A stretch of DNA of 64,000 nt from a virus (IMGVR_UViG_3300028591_000007:71706-135705); one strand, 5' to 3'. Shown: positions 36,861-46,558, counted from the first letter of the stretch. Numbers and translations are program-made. Notes: generated by a model not told the origin, from the sequence alone.

Positions 36861-37124
36861 TTAACTCTGTTTAGTCCCTTGCTCTCTTGTTACAAAATTT
36901 GTTTCAAAATATTTTCTGTCCATAATTACAACATCCGGCTTTTTCTCCTTCTTTAAGAACATCTTTAAAATTCGTGTTACTAATATTGCTATAATGACAA
37001 CCGGCAACATCCAGATGCCAAAGCTTAGCAAACCAATTGCCAATGCTCCTAAAGCAAGAAGAAACATTATACCTAATATAATTGTAAACATGTTACTACC
37101 TCCTTTAATATTATTGAGACACAT
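36861..37124 (-). CDS. small membrane protein in a promoter-terminator cassette
   Basis: Long hydrophobic segment; real start MFTII after AAAGGAGG. Confidence 0.7.
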   Translation of the reverse strand: MCLNNIKGGSNMFTIILGIMFLLALGALAIGLLSFGIWMLPVVIIAILVTRILKMFLKKEKKPDVVIMDRKYFETNFVTREQGTKQS

Positions 37125-37133
37125 TTCGTCCCT

Positions 37134-37157
37134 ATAATATAGATGGAGATTTTCGCG
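37134..37157 (-). promoter_or_regulatory. phage promoter CGCG-N14-TATTAT
   Basis: Motif family member. Confidence 0.75.
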
Positions 37158-37351
37158 TTTTAAACCCTTCTAGCTCTCTTACTTGCAGGTAATGATTTGA
37201 ATATGACATCTTCTTTCTTCTTACCTGCTGCATTTGCTGCTGCATCTCTCTTAACTTCTCTCAAAGCTAAGAACTTCTCTATTGTTTTACTGTTTCTGTT
37301 CATGTGTTTTGTTCTCCTTCACATTTTATTTCTTCCAGCATTAAAGCAATA

Positions 37352-37546
37352 TCACTCATCATCAATCACCTCAAGATCTTTCTCAATACTATCTTCTGAT
37401 TCACCAGTTACAATCTTTGGATCTGGTACAGATATATTACCATATTTGATAGACTTTATATCTGCTTTCTTCTTTTGTAATGCCTGTGACTTCATTATAG
37501 ATTTCTGAAAGAACTGTTTCTTATTATAATTATTTTGTCTTGACAT
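37352..37546 (-). CDS. hypothetical protein
   Basis: AAGGAG RBS. Confidence 0.6.
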   Translation of the reverse strand: MSRQNNYNKKQFFQKSIMKSQALQKKKADIKSIKYGNISVPDPKIVTGESEDSIEKDLEVIDDE

Positions 37547-37627
37547 ATTAATCTCCTTGTATAAAGAAAAATAGAGAGTACCAAATATCTTTGATACTCC
37601 CTTTAAAACCTAAATTACTTTAAGTTT

Positions 37628-38173
37628 TTATACTTCTTTTCTTACATTCTCAAGTTTCTTAATGGTATTTGTGATACCTGCTTGAGCCTGCTTTGATACT
37701 GCGGTTCTAAATGTACCGGTTTCCTCAAAGTACATTGACTCCAAGAATGCCTTTCTGCTAAAATAGATACTCAGACCTGTACCGATTAATCCAATACCAG
37801 CAACTCCCCATTTAGCAATCAGATCTCTCTTAGCAGCCTTCTTCTCATTCTCGGCTTTTACTTCTTCAATTTTGACCTTCTTTTCCTCGATCTCTTTCTC
37901 ATTATCGATTCTTTTCAGTTCAAGTTCTCTGTCAGCATTAGCCTTATCCTGATCAATATTAAGCTTACGCTCTTCGAGTTCTAATTTCTTTGCCTCATTA
38001 GCGAATTTCTGAGCTTCGTTCTCTGCTTTCATCAACTCAATCTGAGCCCTCTTATCATCCTTCTTAGACTCTTTTACTTCTTCTTCCGGTTCATCGGCGA
38101 GATAATACTCGTCTTCTACCTCAGTCTCTACTACATTCTCAACAGGATCAACTTCTTTTTTCTTTCCCATCAT
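37628..38173 (-). CDS. coiled-coil membrane protein in a promoter-terminator cassette
   Basis: Coiled coil followed by the TM segment GVAGIGLIGTGLSIYF. Confidence 0.75.
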   Translation of the reverse strand: MMGKKKEVDPVENVVETEVEDEYYLADEPEEEVKESKKDDKRAQIELMKAENEAQKFANEAKKLELEERKLNIDQDKANADRELELKRIDNEKEIEEKKVKIEEVKAENEKKAAKRDLIAKWGVAGIGLIGTGLSIYFSRKAFLESMYFEETGTFRTAVSKQAQAGITNTIKKLENVRKEV

Positions 38174-38208
38174 TTATCTCCTTTCAAATGTACGAGCACT
38201 TATCGCTC

Positions 38209-38232
38209 ATAGTATAGACATAAAAATTAGCG
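38209..38232 (-). promoter_or_regulatory. phage promoter CGCT-N14-TACTAT
   Basis: Degenerate motif family member. Confidence 0.6.
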
Positions 38233-38619
38233 TTTCGGTCTCTTAGCATCTGCAACAGCTCTTGCTATGTCAACTGTACCCTTAATGACTGCTGCAATTG
38301 TAAGATAACCCCAGAAACCAATCTTGAAAGGCTTCTTCTGAGGTGTGGTCTTAGGTGCTTTAGGTGCATCAGAACTCTTTTTAACTGCTTCAGTTATAGT
38401 ATCAATAAGCTTGTCAATAGAATTCTTTGCTCTTTCTGCACTTTCGTTAAGTTCCTTATCTTCTTCATTAAGTTCCTTATCTGTTTCTTCGGTTTCTTCA
38501 GGTGCAATATTTGTTATGTTATCAAAACCATCATTTCTGTCAGCTGCTTTGAAATCATTACAAACCTCATCAGTTACATTAGTACAATCCTTAAACATCT
38601 TGCAATCCTTACATTCCAT
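38227..38619 (-). CDS. hypothetical protein (Cys N-terminus, hydrophobic C-terminus)
   Basis: CKDC..C..C; DKELNE duplicated. Confidence 0.65.
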   Translation of the reverse strand: MECKDCKMFKDCTNVTDEVCNDFKAADRNDGFDNITNIAPEETEETDKELNEEDKELNESAERAKNSIDKLIDTITEAVKKSSDAPKAPKTTPQKKPFKIGFWGYLTIAAVIKGTVDIARAVADAKRPKR

Positions 38620-38977
38620 CTTTGTTAGTCTCCTTTTTATTTAATATTTTTTCAAGTTCTTCAGTTGTATATCCTATTTCTTGTATCTGTTTCTTAAGAT
38701 CTTCAAGATTATAGAATATATTCTTATCACCAAATGTCATGGTTATTAATCCACTCTCAGCATCAAACATTATCATAAAGTTATCATCTGATGTAAAGTT
38801 TAAGTGAGTTAAGTCACCACTATTCCATGTTAAAATACCATTATTTCCATTAAATGTTAATGTTCCTTCATTATCAAAAGTTGTTTGTATACTTCTTGAT
38901 TCAATTACTAAACGTCCTTCAGCATCTTCTGTTTTGACCATTGGAACATTAACTTGACTATGTCGTTTTCTAGGCAT
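38609..38977 (-). CDS. hypothetical protein
   Basis: Tiles the array. Confidence 0.65.
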   Translation of the reverse strand: MPRKRHSQVNVPMVKTEDAEGRLVIESRSIQTTFDNEGTLTFNGNNGILTWNSGDLTHLNFTSDDNFMIMFDAESGLITMTFGDKNIFYNLEDLKKQIQEIGYTTEELEKILNKKETNKDGM

Positions 38978-38980
38978 ATA

Positions 38981-39259
38981 TTACCTCGCTTTATCTAATA
39001 TCTTTGTGCGGTCATAAAATTTCATTTCTTCAGGACCAACTTTCTTGACTGAAAAAGTAAGATACTTATACTCGTGCCAATGAGATATTCTATATGGTGA
39101 TTCTATTCCGATATGGTCTTCAGCATTAATACGATAATCAATCACCACATTTCCAGCCCAAGGTGCTTTCTTATGTATATGTATCTTATTTATTACAATA
39201 CCGATTATTATTCCAACAATAAATACTACTGCACAAACTATTGACTGTTCTAAGTTCAT
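38981..39259 (-). CDS. N-terminally anchored membrane protein
   Basis: Hydrophobic N-terminus; AGGAGG RBS. Confidence 0.65.
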   Translation of the reverse strand: MNLEQSIVCAVVFIVGIIIGIVINKIHIHKKAPWAGNVVIDYRINAEDHIGIESPYRISHWHEYKYLTFSVKKVGPEEMKFYDRTKILDKAR

Positions 39260-39271
39260 TTTACTTTCCTC

Positions 39272-39556
39272 CTAATTTCTAAGGAAGTTTAAGAGTTTAC
39301 TCGAAGCATTTTCAAATAGAATATTTGTTTCATTTCCTTTCAAGTTAAAAACTATTTTATTATCTACAAATAATTCCATTACCCAATAATTTCTGTAGTT
39401 TAATTTTAATTCTACATTTGCGTACCGTCTTCTAAGTTCATCAAATGCTTTGTAGAAATTCTCAACACTACCTTGCATTCTTCTTTTTCTCCTTTTCTTT
39501 AGATTTACGATAATTATCAGATTCTTTAAAATATACTGGTCTTTTACTATCTTCAT
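39272..39556 (-). CDS. hypothetical protein
   Basis: Real start likely MQGSV. Confidence 0.55.
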   Translation of the reverse strand: MKIVKDQYILKNLIIIVNLKKRRKRRMQGSVENFYKAFDELRRRYANVELKLNYRNYWVMELFVDNKIVFNLKGNETNILFENASSKLLNFLRN

Positions 39557-39659
39557 TAACTGGTTCGTCTAAGCATAAGTAACAGGGATTATCTTCTTCC
39601 TGATTATCTTTATACTTGCAATTCTTACACCAGTTATCAAACTCTACAATATGTGTCAT
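39468..39659 (-). CDS. small Cys-rich protein
   Basis: WCKNCKY ... PCYLC. Confidence 0.6.
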   Translation of the reverse strand: MTHIVEFDNWCKNCKYKDNQEEDNPCYLCLDEPVNEDSKRPVYFKESDNYRKSKEKEKKKNAR

Positions 39660-39961
39660 ACCGGTTTCTCCTTTAATTCACCTATTACTCCTGAATACTT
39701 TGTAATATTGCAATCCACAAACTTACCATGAAATGCAGAATAAAATGTAGGTGATTCAAATGTACAATTTGTAAAATAAGTTTCTCTTGTAATATGATCA
39801 AATATGCAATTAATAAAAGTTGAATTTCTAAATTGCTTATTTGTGCACAAACTAAAAGTACAATTTTCAAATATCATGTGTTCATTGTGCATAATCTCGA
39901 GAAATTCATTTAATTCTCTGTCATCGTCTCTTGTTAAAAATTCTTCGTTTCTTTTTGTCAT
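39656..39961 (-). CDS. pentapeptide-repeat-like protein
   Basis: Repeated F-x-N-C-T-F units. Confidence 0.55.
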   Translation of the reverse strand: MTKRNEEFLTRDDDRELNEFLEIMHNEHMIFENCTFSLCTNKQFRNSTFINCIFDHITRETYFTNCTFESPTFYSAFHGKFVDCNITKYSGVIGELKEKPV

Positions 39962-40170
39962 ATCTTTATCTCCTCTTCATTCTTTTTAAAAATGTATTTA
40001 AGATTAAACATACCATATATTTCTTTCCAAAGAGCATACATCGCTCTTAAATCTTCTTTAGTTTTTGTTCGGCAACCGCCAGATGGTTTACCATATTCGT
40101 ATACTTCCATACTAAATGGATAGTTTGGATTATTTTCTTCAAGGAATATAAAGTCAATAGCTTTTGCCAT
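39958..40170 (-). CDS. hypothetical protein
   Basis: Tiles the array. Confidence 0.55.
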   Translation of the reverse strand: MAKAIDFIFLEENNPNYPFSMEVYEYGKPSGGCRTKTKEDLRAMYALWKEIYGMFNLKYIFKKNEEEIKI

Positions 40171-40183
40171 ATTATTTATCCTT

Positions 40184-40372
40184 TCATCGCATGAAATTAG
40201 TTCTTGCCCAAACTAATAATCTATCAATTTCTTGTTCTGTAGTACAGCTTTCAAGTTTTTCTAATATGGTTGCTGTATGTTTGCCATCAATTCCGTAAAG
40301 ATCTCTTATTATTCTTCTTGTAGTAGCTTTAAATGAATTAAAGTCGGTTTTAACATTTTTTTGGTATGACAT
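40184..40372 (-). CDS. hypothetical protein
   Basis: GAGGAG RBS. Confidence 0.6.
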   Translation of the reverse strand: MSYQKNVKTDFNSFKATTRRIIRDLYGIDGKHTATILEKLESCTTEQEIDRLLVWARTNFMR

Positions 40373-40440
40373 AATTATATCTCCTCTTAAAGAAATAATA
40401 GGACGCCTAATAATTCTAGACGCCCCATATATAAATATCT

Positions 40441-41325
40441 TTAATACAAATAATTTATTTCATTTCCGGATGCGTTCCAATATGCTTTATATCTTATCTT
40501 TGCATAGAACTGTGTTCCGATTCGTACACCTTCATCAAACTTATTACTATAATCTATGCCATGATAACCGCATCTATCATATGACCAACCAGCTTCTTGT
40601 GCTTCTGGACAACTTGTTGAATCATATTTAACTTCATTTTGTGCATACCGACTTAAATTATACAAGAAGTCTGCAACAGGTACAAAGTCTTCTTGACCGG
40701 TCTTTATACGATAATTTATCTCTTCGAATGCTCTAACTATATCTGATTCACTACAATAAATAGTCTGCTTAGTTAAAGGTTCAAAGAATGCTGCCGGTCC
40801 ATTATAAATATTATTCTCATAATTACTCTTTTGTGTCTCTAAGAATTTCTGTTCTTCTTCTTTCTTTACGGGATTCTCGAGAATATCGTTTTTCATCTTT
40901 TCTCGTTCAATCTCTTTTTCCTTTTCACCTAAGACTTTCTCAGCTGCTTTCTTATAAGTTTCAAACGCTTGATTAGTTGCTGCTAATGCTGTAGTTAATC
41001 CAGCAATCTTTGTTGCACTTATCTTGTAAGACTTAACAGTACAATAAATAGTTATAGTTGCTCCAAGTACTACTGGTGCTAATGCAGGCCACTTTTCCTT
41101 AACATGTAATATAACACTATCTTTCTTTGTAACAATCTCACCAGCGGCTTTCTTTTCTTCAATCTTCTTCTTTACAATTTCATCTTTTTTCTGAAGTTTC
41201 TTTCCTGCAAAGATAGACACTACCGAAGTTGCTACAACTCCTACGCAGGCAAGTCCTGTTAAAATAAGAGGACTGTCCTTCTTCATATCAGACCAACCCT
41301 CTTCAAAAATTTTGTACAAGTTCAT
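40441..41325 (-). CDS. membrane-associated phage protein (DUF6353-like)
   Basis: KKDSPLILTGLACVGVVATSV N-terminus; paralog of 29611-30615. Confidence 0.75.
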   Translation of the reverse strand: MNLYKIFEEGWSDMKKDSPLILTGLACVGVVATSVVSIFAGKKLQKKDEIVKKKIEEKKAAGEIVTKKDSVILHVKEKWPALAPVVLGATITIYCTVKSYKISATKIAGLTTALAATNQAFETYKKAAEKVLGEKEKEIEREKMKNDILENPVKKEEEQKFLETQKSNYENNIYNGPAAFFEPLTKQTIYCSESDIVRAFEEINYRIKTGQEDFVPVADFLYNLSRYAQNEVKYDSTSCPEAQEAGWSYDRCGYHGIDYSNKFDEGVRIGTQFYAKIRYKAYWNASGNEINYLY

Positions 41326-41386
41326 TTTTACTTATACTCCTTTCAAATATTTTATTATATAAAAAATACAGGACCCATATCGTCCC

Positions 41387-41410
41387 ACTATAGCACTAAA
41401 CATTTTCGCG
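41387..41410 (-). promoter_or_regulatory. phage promoter CGCG-N14-TATAGT
   Basis: Motif family member. Confidence 0.75.
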
Positions 41411-41476
41411 AAGTTCTTGCGAAGTCAAGAGCTTTCATGATTAGTCTACTTGTTAGACTGGTCGCGTCAAGGATTT

Positions 41477-41598
41477 CTAGAATGCCCTTCAGACGCACCA
41501 GAATGCCCATATTCGGCTTTTTAGTATATTCTTGGTATAAATCTACCTTGAAATATGAAACAGGCCTTTACGGGCAAATCTGTGCGTTACAGAGGTAT
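41477..41598. repeat. ~115-bp imperfect palindromic element, copy D (inverted relative to A)
   Basis: CAGACGCACCAGAATGCCCATATT matches the reverse complement of copy A. Confidence 0.8.
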
Positions 41599-41951
41599 TA
41601 CATAGTATCACTTTTCCATCTTACAATTGGCTGAGGACCTTTTGCTAATAACCAGGCATTCATCTCAATTATGCAACCAGGTTTAATACTTCCATCCTTT
41701 TCAGCAAGTAAGAAAAACACATCACAATTCTTCATCTTGTTGAATGCCTTCTCGAGATGATGCAACTTTGGATATCTTGTGTTGACAGGCGCAGGAGGTT
41801 CATCAAGATTACTTTCAATATCTATTATATCATCTTCGTGTATTCCTTCGTATTCATTTCTTACTGTACGTTCAACATATTCATAAATATCATTTTTCTC
41901 TGATTCTGAAACACCACTTATAGCTGTGGACAGAAATACTGATAATACCAT
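41598..41951 (-). CDS. nucleoside 2-deoxyribosyltransferase-fold protein (DUF4406-like)
   Basis: VFLS.AISG, CDVFF and GC..E motifs. Confidence 0.55.
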   Translation of the reverse strand: MVLSVFLSTAISGVSESEKNDIYEYVERTVRNEYEGIHEDDIIDIESNLDEPPAPVNTRYPKLHHLEKAFNKMKNCDVFFLLAEKDGSIKPGCIIEMNAWLLAKGPQPIVRWKSDTM

Positions 41952-42061
41952 ATATACCTCCCATCGTGAAAGCCAAATGCCATTACTTCTCTTTGTATTA
42001 ATTCTTTTTCTTTAGCCATAATAACACTTAATACCATCTGCAACATCATTAACTGTAATAG

Positions 42062-42376
42062 TCATGCAATATTCTCCGTTTCTTTGTAAAGTTTGTAACC
42101 GCCGAATTCAATACCATCATTATAACAAAAAGATGTATTGAAGTATGCCCGTGCATTCTCGTATGGTTCTCTTCTATCTGAATGAGCAGCTATACTTAAG
42201 GTAATATGATATGGATGCTTTTCAATAACTTTTGCTCTATAAAAATATCCTGTAAGTATACCGTTTCTTTCATGATAGATAACTTCGTCACCGATTTTGA
42301 GTTCGTGTACTTGTTTTTCATTTAATGCTATCATTTTATGCCTTTCTTTTTTAAATAAATTTTGTGATAATAACAA
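42062..42376 (-). CDS. hypothetical protein
   Basis: LKIGDEV KOW-like start. Confidence 0.6.
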   Translation of the reverse strand: MLLSQNLFKKERHKMIALNEKQVHELKIGDEVIYHERNGILTGYFYRAKVIEKHPYHITLSIAAHSDRREPYENARAYFNTSFCYNDGIEFGGYKLYKETENIA

Positions 42377-42570
42377 TGCTCACATTTAGAATACTCTGGG
42401 TCTAGAGTATCCGTTAAACCACAACAACCAGACCCAGAAGCATAGCCTTTATGGAACATCTTTAAATAACATTTATACAAATCCTTATCTTTATTCATTT
42501 TCCATTCTAATAAAGATGAAAATACAATAAATAGAATTAGTATACCCATTATAATAAAAACAGATTCCAT
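42331..42570 (-). CDS. small membrane protein with Cys motif
   Basis: N-terminal TM segment; CEHC. Confidence 0.6.
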   Translation of the reverse strand: MESVFIIMGILILFIVFSSLLEWKMNKDKDLYKCYLKMFHKGYASGSGCCGLTDTLDPEYSKCEHCYYHKIYLKKKGIK

Positions 42571-42583
42571 TTACAAATCCTCC

Positions 42584-44359
42584 TTAAATAGGATTATTAC
42601 GCATTCTCATTATAGCTGCTGCACTAACACCAAGCATCTGTCCAAGCTCAAATGCAGAATAACCATTACCATAGAATTTATTTATTGCAAAATGTTTACA
42701 TTCTCTATCAAAGTATTTTTGTAATTCAGACATACATTTATACTTGCCTTCATACTTTACTTTAGTCCTTTCAAGAATATCTTCTGATTCTTCTTTGGTA
42801 AGATAACTAGGGAATGCTATTTCGGTTAATCTTTTGTGATAACCACCACGAGGTTTCTTTTCCTTCTTGGAATTCTTAACCGCTTTCTTAAGAATTCTTG
42901 CAGCTTTCTTCTCAGTCTTAGGATTAGTATATGCATCGAGATATTTCTTTACAAAATACTCAGTCAATCCTAATTCTTTTGAAATCTTGTTAATAGAATA
43001 ACCCTTATTAAATAAATCAATAATATTCTGGTCAGTAATTGTGTCTTTCTCTTCCATGTTACAAGGTTTATTATCTGGAATTTTATTTACAGAATTAGTG
43101 ACTTTCTTTAAATCATCTAAATATGATAATAAATTTTCTTTTGCGGTTTCCCAAACAGTCTTATTTTTAGTTTCAAGAATATCTTTAACTTCACCTTTAG
43201 TAATACCAAGACATCTTGCAATCCTCTCAACCGAATAATCAAGAGCTTTTAATGCTTTTACTCTATCTTCAGTTTTAAGATTTACAGCATTATACATATA
43301 CTTTAATACATAGTTATAATGCCAGTCTTTATCATTTTTATAAAAATAATCTTTAACAATAGACATTGCTATAACTTTTTCAACATCTATTTCATCTTTA
43401 TAAGGAATATCAAATATTTCAGTCCATTTATTACTATTATGAATATACTTACATAAAACCATTAAGATTCCCTTTTCAGGATCATAGTCATCTCCAGGTC
43501 TACACTTAACAACCACTTTCTTATTATCTGTTGTGAATAAGATAGTTGCAGGTCCATTCAGCTTAATATCTTTAATCTTAGTCATTTTAGTCTCCTTTTT
43601 TGACATGTTTAAAGGTTTACAATCCCAACTCCATTGTTTTTCCAATTTATTTGTTATTCTAGGTTCTTCTTTCTTAGATTTTGTAAAGCGAATACAATCA
43701 TTTAAATCAGTAAAGAATTCTACATTTTTATGACAAATATTGCCATAATATATTACTTTTTCATATGCATTATGCAAATTTTTATCTGTTAAGAAATTTC
43801 TACTATCAAATTCTAATATGCGAAATGTTAATAAATCTGAAGAAGTTGAAACTGTTATAACTGGTTCAATCGGAACATATCTTAAAGTAAAATCAGTGCG
43901 ATAATTATTCCAAATAGCAGTTTTAATTGCTCGAGTATCACCATTTTTATATACAAAACTATCATATTCTTCCTTAGTCAAAGTAAAGTAATATGTTTGT
44001 TTATCATTCTCAGACTTTGTTAAATTATTATTGTGCAAAGTGTATTTATAATTATCACGTATATAAACACCAAATGCAGAATTAAATAACTTTACTCTAA
44101 TCTCTTTATTGCAATCTTTAAATGATTTTAAAGTTATTAAACTTAATGGTTTCAACGCTTGAAATTTATCATCGAAACCAATTATTGCAAAAGGTTCAGC
44201 AAAATAAGTTATTTCAGCTATAAATGTTCTTACAAATATACCATCAGTTATATCTATAAAAACTTTGTCATTAACTTCATATTTTCCATTTTCTTTTTTA
44301 TCTACCAATTGACAAAATTCTTTTAAATCATTAATATCTAAACCAAAATATAAATGCAT
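42584..44359 (-). CDS. multi-domain protein with three HTH-like modules
   Basis: NGPATI..K.VVKC..GD.YDPEKG domain; YSVERIARCLGIT, YSINKISKELGLT, YSAFELGQMLGVS. Confidence 0.7.
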   Translation of the reverse strand: MHLYFGLDINDLKEFCQLVDKKENGKYEVNDKVFIDITDGIFVRTFIAEITYFAEPFAIIGFDDKFQALKPLSLITLKSFKDCNKEIRVKLFNSAFGVYIRDNYKYTLHNNNLTKSENDKQTYYFTLTKEEYDSFVYKNGDTRAIKTAIWNNYRTDFTLRYVPIEPVITVSTSSDLLTFRILEFDSRNFLTDKNLHNAYEKVIYYGNICHKNVEFFTDLNDCIRFTKSKKEEPRITNKLEKQWSWDCKPLNMSKKETKMTKIKDIKLNGPATILFTTDNKKVVVKCRPGDDYDPEKGILMVLCKYIHNSNKWTEIFDIPYKDEIDVEKVIAMSIVKDYFYKNDKDWHYNYVLKYMYNAVNLKTEDRVKALKALDYSVERIARCLGITKGEVKDILETKNKTVWETAKENLLSYLDDLKKVTNSVNKIPDNKPCNMEEKDTITDQNIIDLFNKGYSINKISKELGLTEYFVKKYLDAYTNPKTEKKAARILKKAVKNSKKEKKPRGGYHKRLTEIAFPSYLTKEESEDILERTKVKYEGKYKCMSELQKYFDRECKHFAINKFYGNGYSAFELGQMLGVSAAAIMRMRNNPI

Positions 44360-44361
44360 AT

Positions 44362-44703
44362 TCAGCTCTCCTTTTTATATTTTAATGCTTTTCTTTGCAT
44401 TTCTAGATCTTTAAAATCATCGTAATCATAACCAGTTTCATAAAAATTATTCCAGAAAGTATCTTCATCAATAATACCTGCTTTTACTTGTTCATACCAA
44501 GCCATAATTTCATTATCAGTTTCAAAATCATTTTTAGTTTGTAAAATGCACATATTATTATTTTTACTATTACTAACAAGTTCTATAGTAACAAATTCAC
44601 TATTATCATCAAACATATTATATAATCCATCATCAGCGTATATACGCATATTATCAGGTAATTCCGCAATCATTTTCTTCAAATAACCAATTGTCATATT
44701 CAA
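44362..44703 (-). CDS. hypothetical protein, paralog of 59269-59589
   Basis: LPD.MRIYADDG and LQTKNDF shared. Confidence 0.7.
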   Translation of the reverse strand: MNMTIGYLKKMIAELPDNMRIYADDGLYNMFDDNSEFVTIELVSNSKNNNMCILQTKNDFETDNEIMAWYEQVKAGIIDEDTFWNNFYETGYDYDDFKDLEMQRKALKYKKES

Positions 44704-44712
44704 TTCTCCTTT

Positions 44713-45276
44713 TTATTCAAGATTCACTTCGTTACAACATTTTTCTTTCTCAACATATGGAAGGTCATTTAATTCAGGTTTATTCCTTACAGTCCAAAGT
44801 AATCCTAACATATTCCAAAGAAATGCTCGGTCGTGAGGTTCATCGTCCCATTTGTCAATCCATTTTAGAAAATGCCTTACTCCAGAATCAACATAACAAT
44901 GTATAGGAATTCCTTTCTCCCAATTTCTTTCAGCATACTTTTTGGCACCTTCTTCGTAATGCTTAGATACTTCCATAAAAGCTTTTGATGGTGACCAGTT
45001 GTTAAGGGCAATAAATAAGTCTATTGCTTTATATATTTCAAGTTCATCACCATTTCTTATAAAATTATTTATATTGCACAATATATTTTCGTAATTTTCG
45101 TTTTTTTCATTTATGTCATTAAGTGCAAAATACTCTCCGATAATGTCTAATGGCAATAAATCACATCTACCACGTCCGTCAGCACTGTCTCTAACAGCAC
45201 CAGTTTCAAACTGTCTTCTTACTCCACTGTCAAGTATCTTTCTTTCTGTCTCATAATTATTTGTTTCTGTGTTCAT
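44713..45276 (-). CDS. dATP/dGTP diphosphohydrolase (DUF5664-like)
   Basis: FETGAVRD, DLLP, GAKKY..RNWEKG, RH and DEPH motifs. Confidence 0.85.
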   Translation of the reverse strand: MNTETNNYETERKILDSGVRRQFETGAVRDSADGRGRCDLLPLDIIGEYFALNDINEKNENYENILCNINNFIRNGDELEIYKAIDLFIALNNWSPSKAFMEVSKHYEEGAKKYAERNWEKGIPIHCYVDSGVRHFLKWIDKWDDEPHDRAFLWNMLGLLWTVRNKPELNDLPYVEKEKCCNEVNLE

Positions 45277-45312
45277 ATTTATTTGTTCCCCTTTTCTAAA
45301 ATAGTTATTGAG

Positions 45313-45516
45313 TTATTTTTTAGATTTGCTTAAACGTGGTTCAGCCAGTTTAAACTTCTTGCATATATAATTGCACACATTTGCACAACCACAATTATAA
45401 TAATAATCTTTTATATTATCTCCTGTTGTTGTACCATTTACTTTGTCAGTGTCGTGCAGACGATATAACTCATTAATTACCTTTGCTAATTTTTTCTTTG
45501 ATACAAATCCTAACAT
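45313..45516 (-). CDS. hypothetical protein
   Basis: Tiles the array. Confidence 0.55.
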   Translation of the reverse strand: MLGFVSKKKLAKVINELYRLHDTDKVNGTTTGDNIKDYYYNCGCANVCNYICKKFKLAEPRLSKSKK

Positions 45517-45517
45517 A

Positions 45518-46045
45518 TTATTTTTCTTCCTCCTTTAACTGTTCCAGAACCTCGGTTATCTTATCAAAATGACGTCCTGTCTTTTTTATATCTTCTAATT
45601 TCCTTCTTCCGGTTGAACCATCATACCATAATACGTATAATGTTAATGGAGATACAAACGTCACTATTCCTTTTCCAGAATTGAAAACTTCTCCATCTAC
45701 CACTTCATCGCCAACCTTAATCTCATTGTCAGCTCGTTTCTGCTTTTCTTCATATTCCTTGATTTTTGCTATGGCATCGGATGGTGAAAAATTCAAAAAT
45801 ATGTCGCCAATCCTTGCAGTATCAAATATCTCTCTTAGTGCGTATGTAGAGTAACCACCAAGACTTACATTACACGTTATCTTCTTTGCGCATTCCCAAG
45901 CATCATTTAGCCCCGCCTTGTGTCCATCTCCATATTTGCCATCATTTAGTTCTAATATACGATTACAAGCGCTATCAATTATTTCTTTCTTAAATCCTGT
46001 AAAATAGCACTCAAGTATTGCCGTTATGTTTTCTTTATCTGTCAT
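45518..46045 (-). CDS. hypothetical protein with C-terminal KOW/SH3-like domain
   Basis: GLNDAWECAKK; EIKVGDEV ... KTGRHF. Confidence 0.7.
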   Translation of the reverse strand: MTDKENITAILECYFTGFKKEIIDSACNRILELNDGKYGDGHKAGLNDAWECAKKITCNVSLGGYSTYALREIFDTARIGDIFLNFSPSDAIAKIKEYEEKQKRADNEIKVGDEVVDGEVFNSGKGIVTFVSPLTLYVLWYDGSTGRRKLEDIKKTGRHFDKITEVLEQLKEEEK

Positions 46046-46057
46046 TCACTTACCTCC

Positions 46058-46291
46058 TTAAATTAGATGTTTAATTGCCTCAGTCATACCTAAAAGCGAT
46101 TTTTGGCTATCGGATATGTTCTCAAGCTGATTTTTATATTTTTGAATGTCTCTCTTTAAAGTAAAGTTTTCTACTTGCAGACTTGCATTCTCATTTTTTA
46201 ACTTAATTATATCCAGTTTTAACCTTTCAACTTCGCTCTTAAAATGCTTCGATATGTCTGCTCGGCATTTTTCATATTCTTTACTTTTCAT
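46058..46291 (-). CDS. coiled-coil protein, paralog of 53133-53360
   Basis: Near-identical sequence. Confidence 0.7.
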   Translation of the reverse strand: MKSKEYEKCRADISKHFKSEVERLKLDIIKLKNENASLQVENFTLKRDIQKYKNQLENISDSQKSLLGMTEAIKHLI

Positions 46292-46303
46292 TCACTTACC
46301 TCT

Positions 46304-46558
46304 TTATCCAAAATATCTAGCAGCATCAATTTCATTATCATAACATTTGCAACCCCAAAATGTTTGATTTTCCGAATCATAATATTTTTCAAAACTTTCT
46401 TTACTACACCATTTCTTAACTGCAATTTCGCAAGCCTCTTTAAAACTTTCAGCTGTAACTCTACCTATAAACTCATGAGTTTTAGATGCTTCGGTACAAT
46501 TATAACCTTCCATCCATACTTCATAAACTTTAGTCATCTGTATCACCTCTCTTCTCAA
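46304..46558 (-). CDS. hypothetical protein
   Basis: YEVW.EGY, SFKEAC, WGC..YDNE..A. Confidence 0.65.
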   Translation of the reverse strand: MRREVIQMTKVYEVWMEGYNCTEASKTHEFIGRVTAESFKEACEIAVKKWCSKESFEKYYDSENQTFWGCKCYDNEIDAARYFG

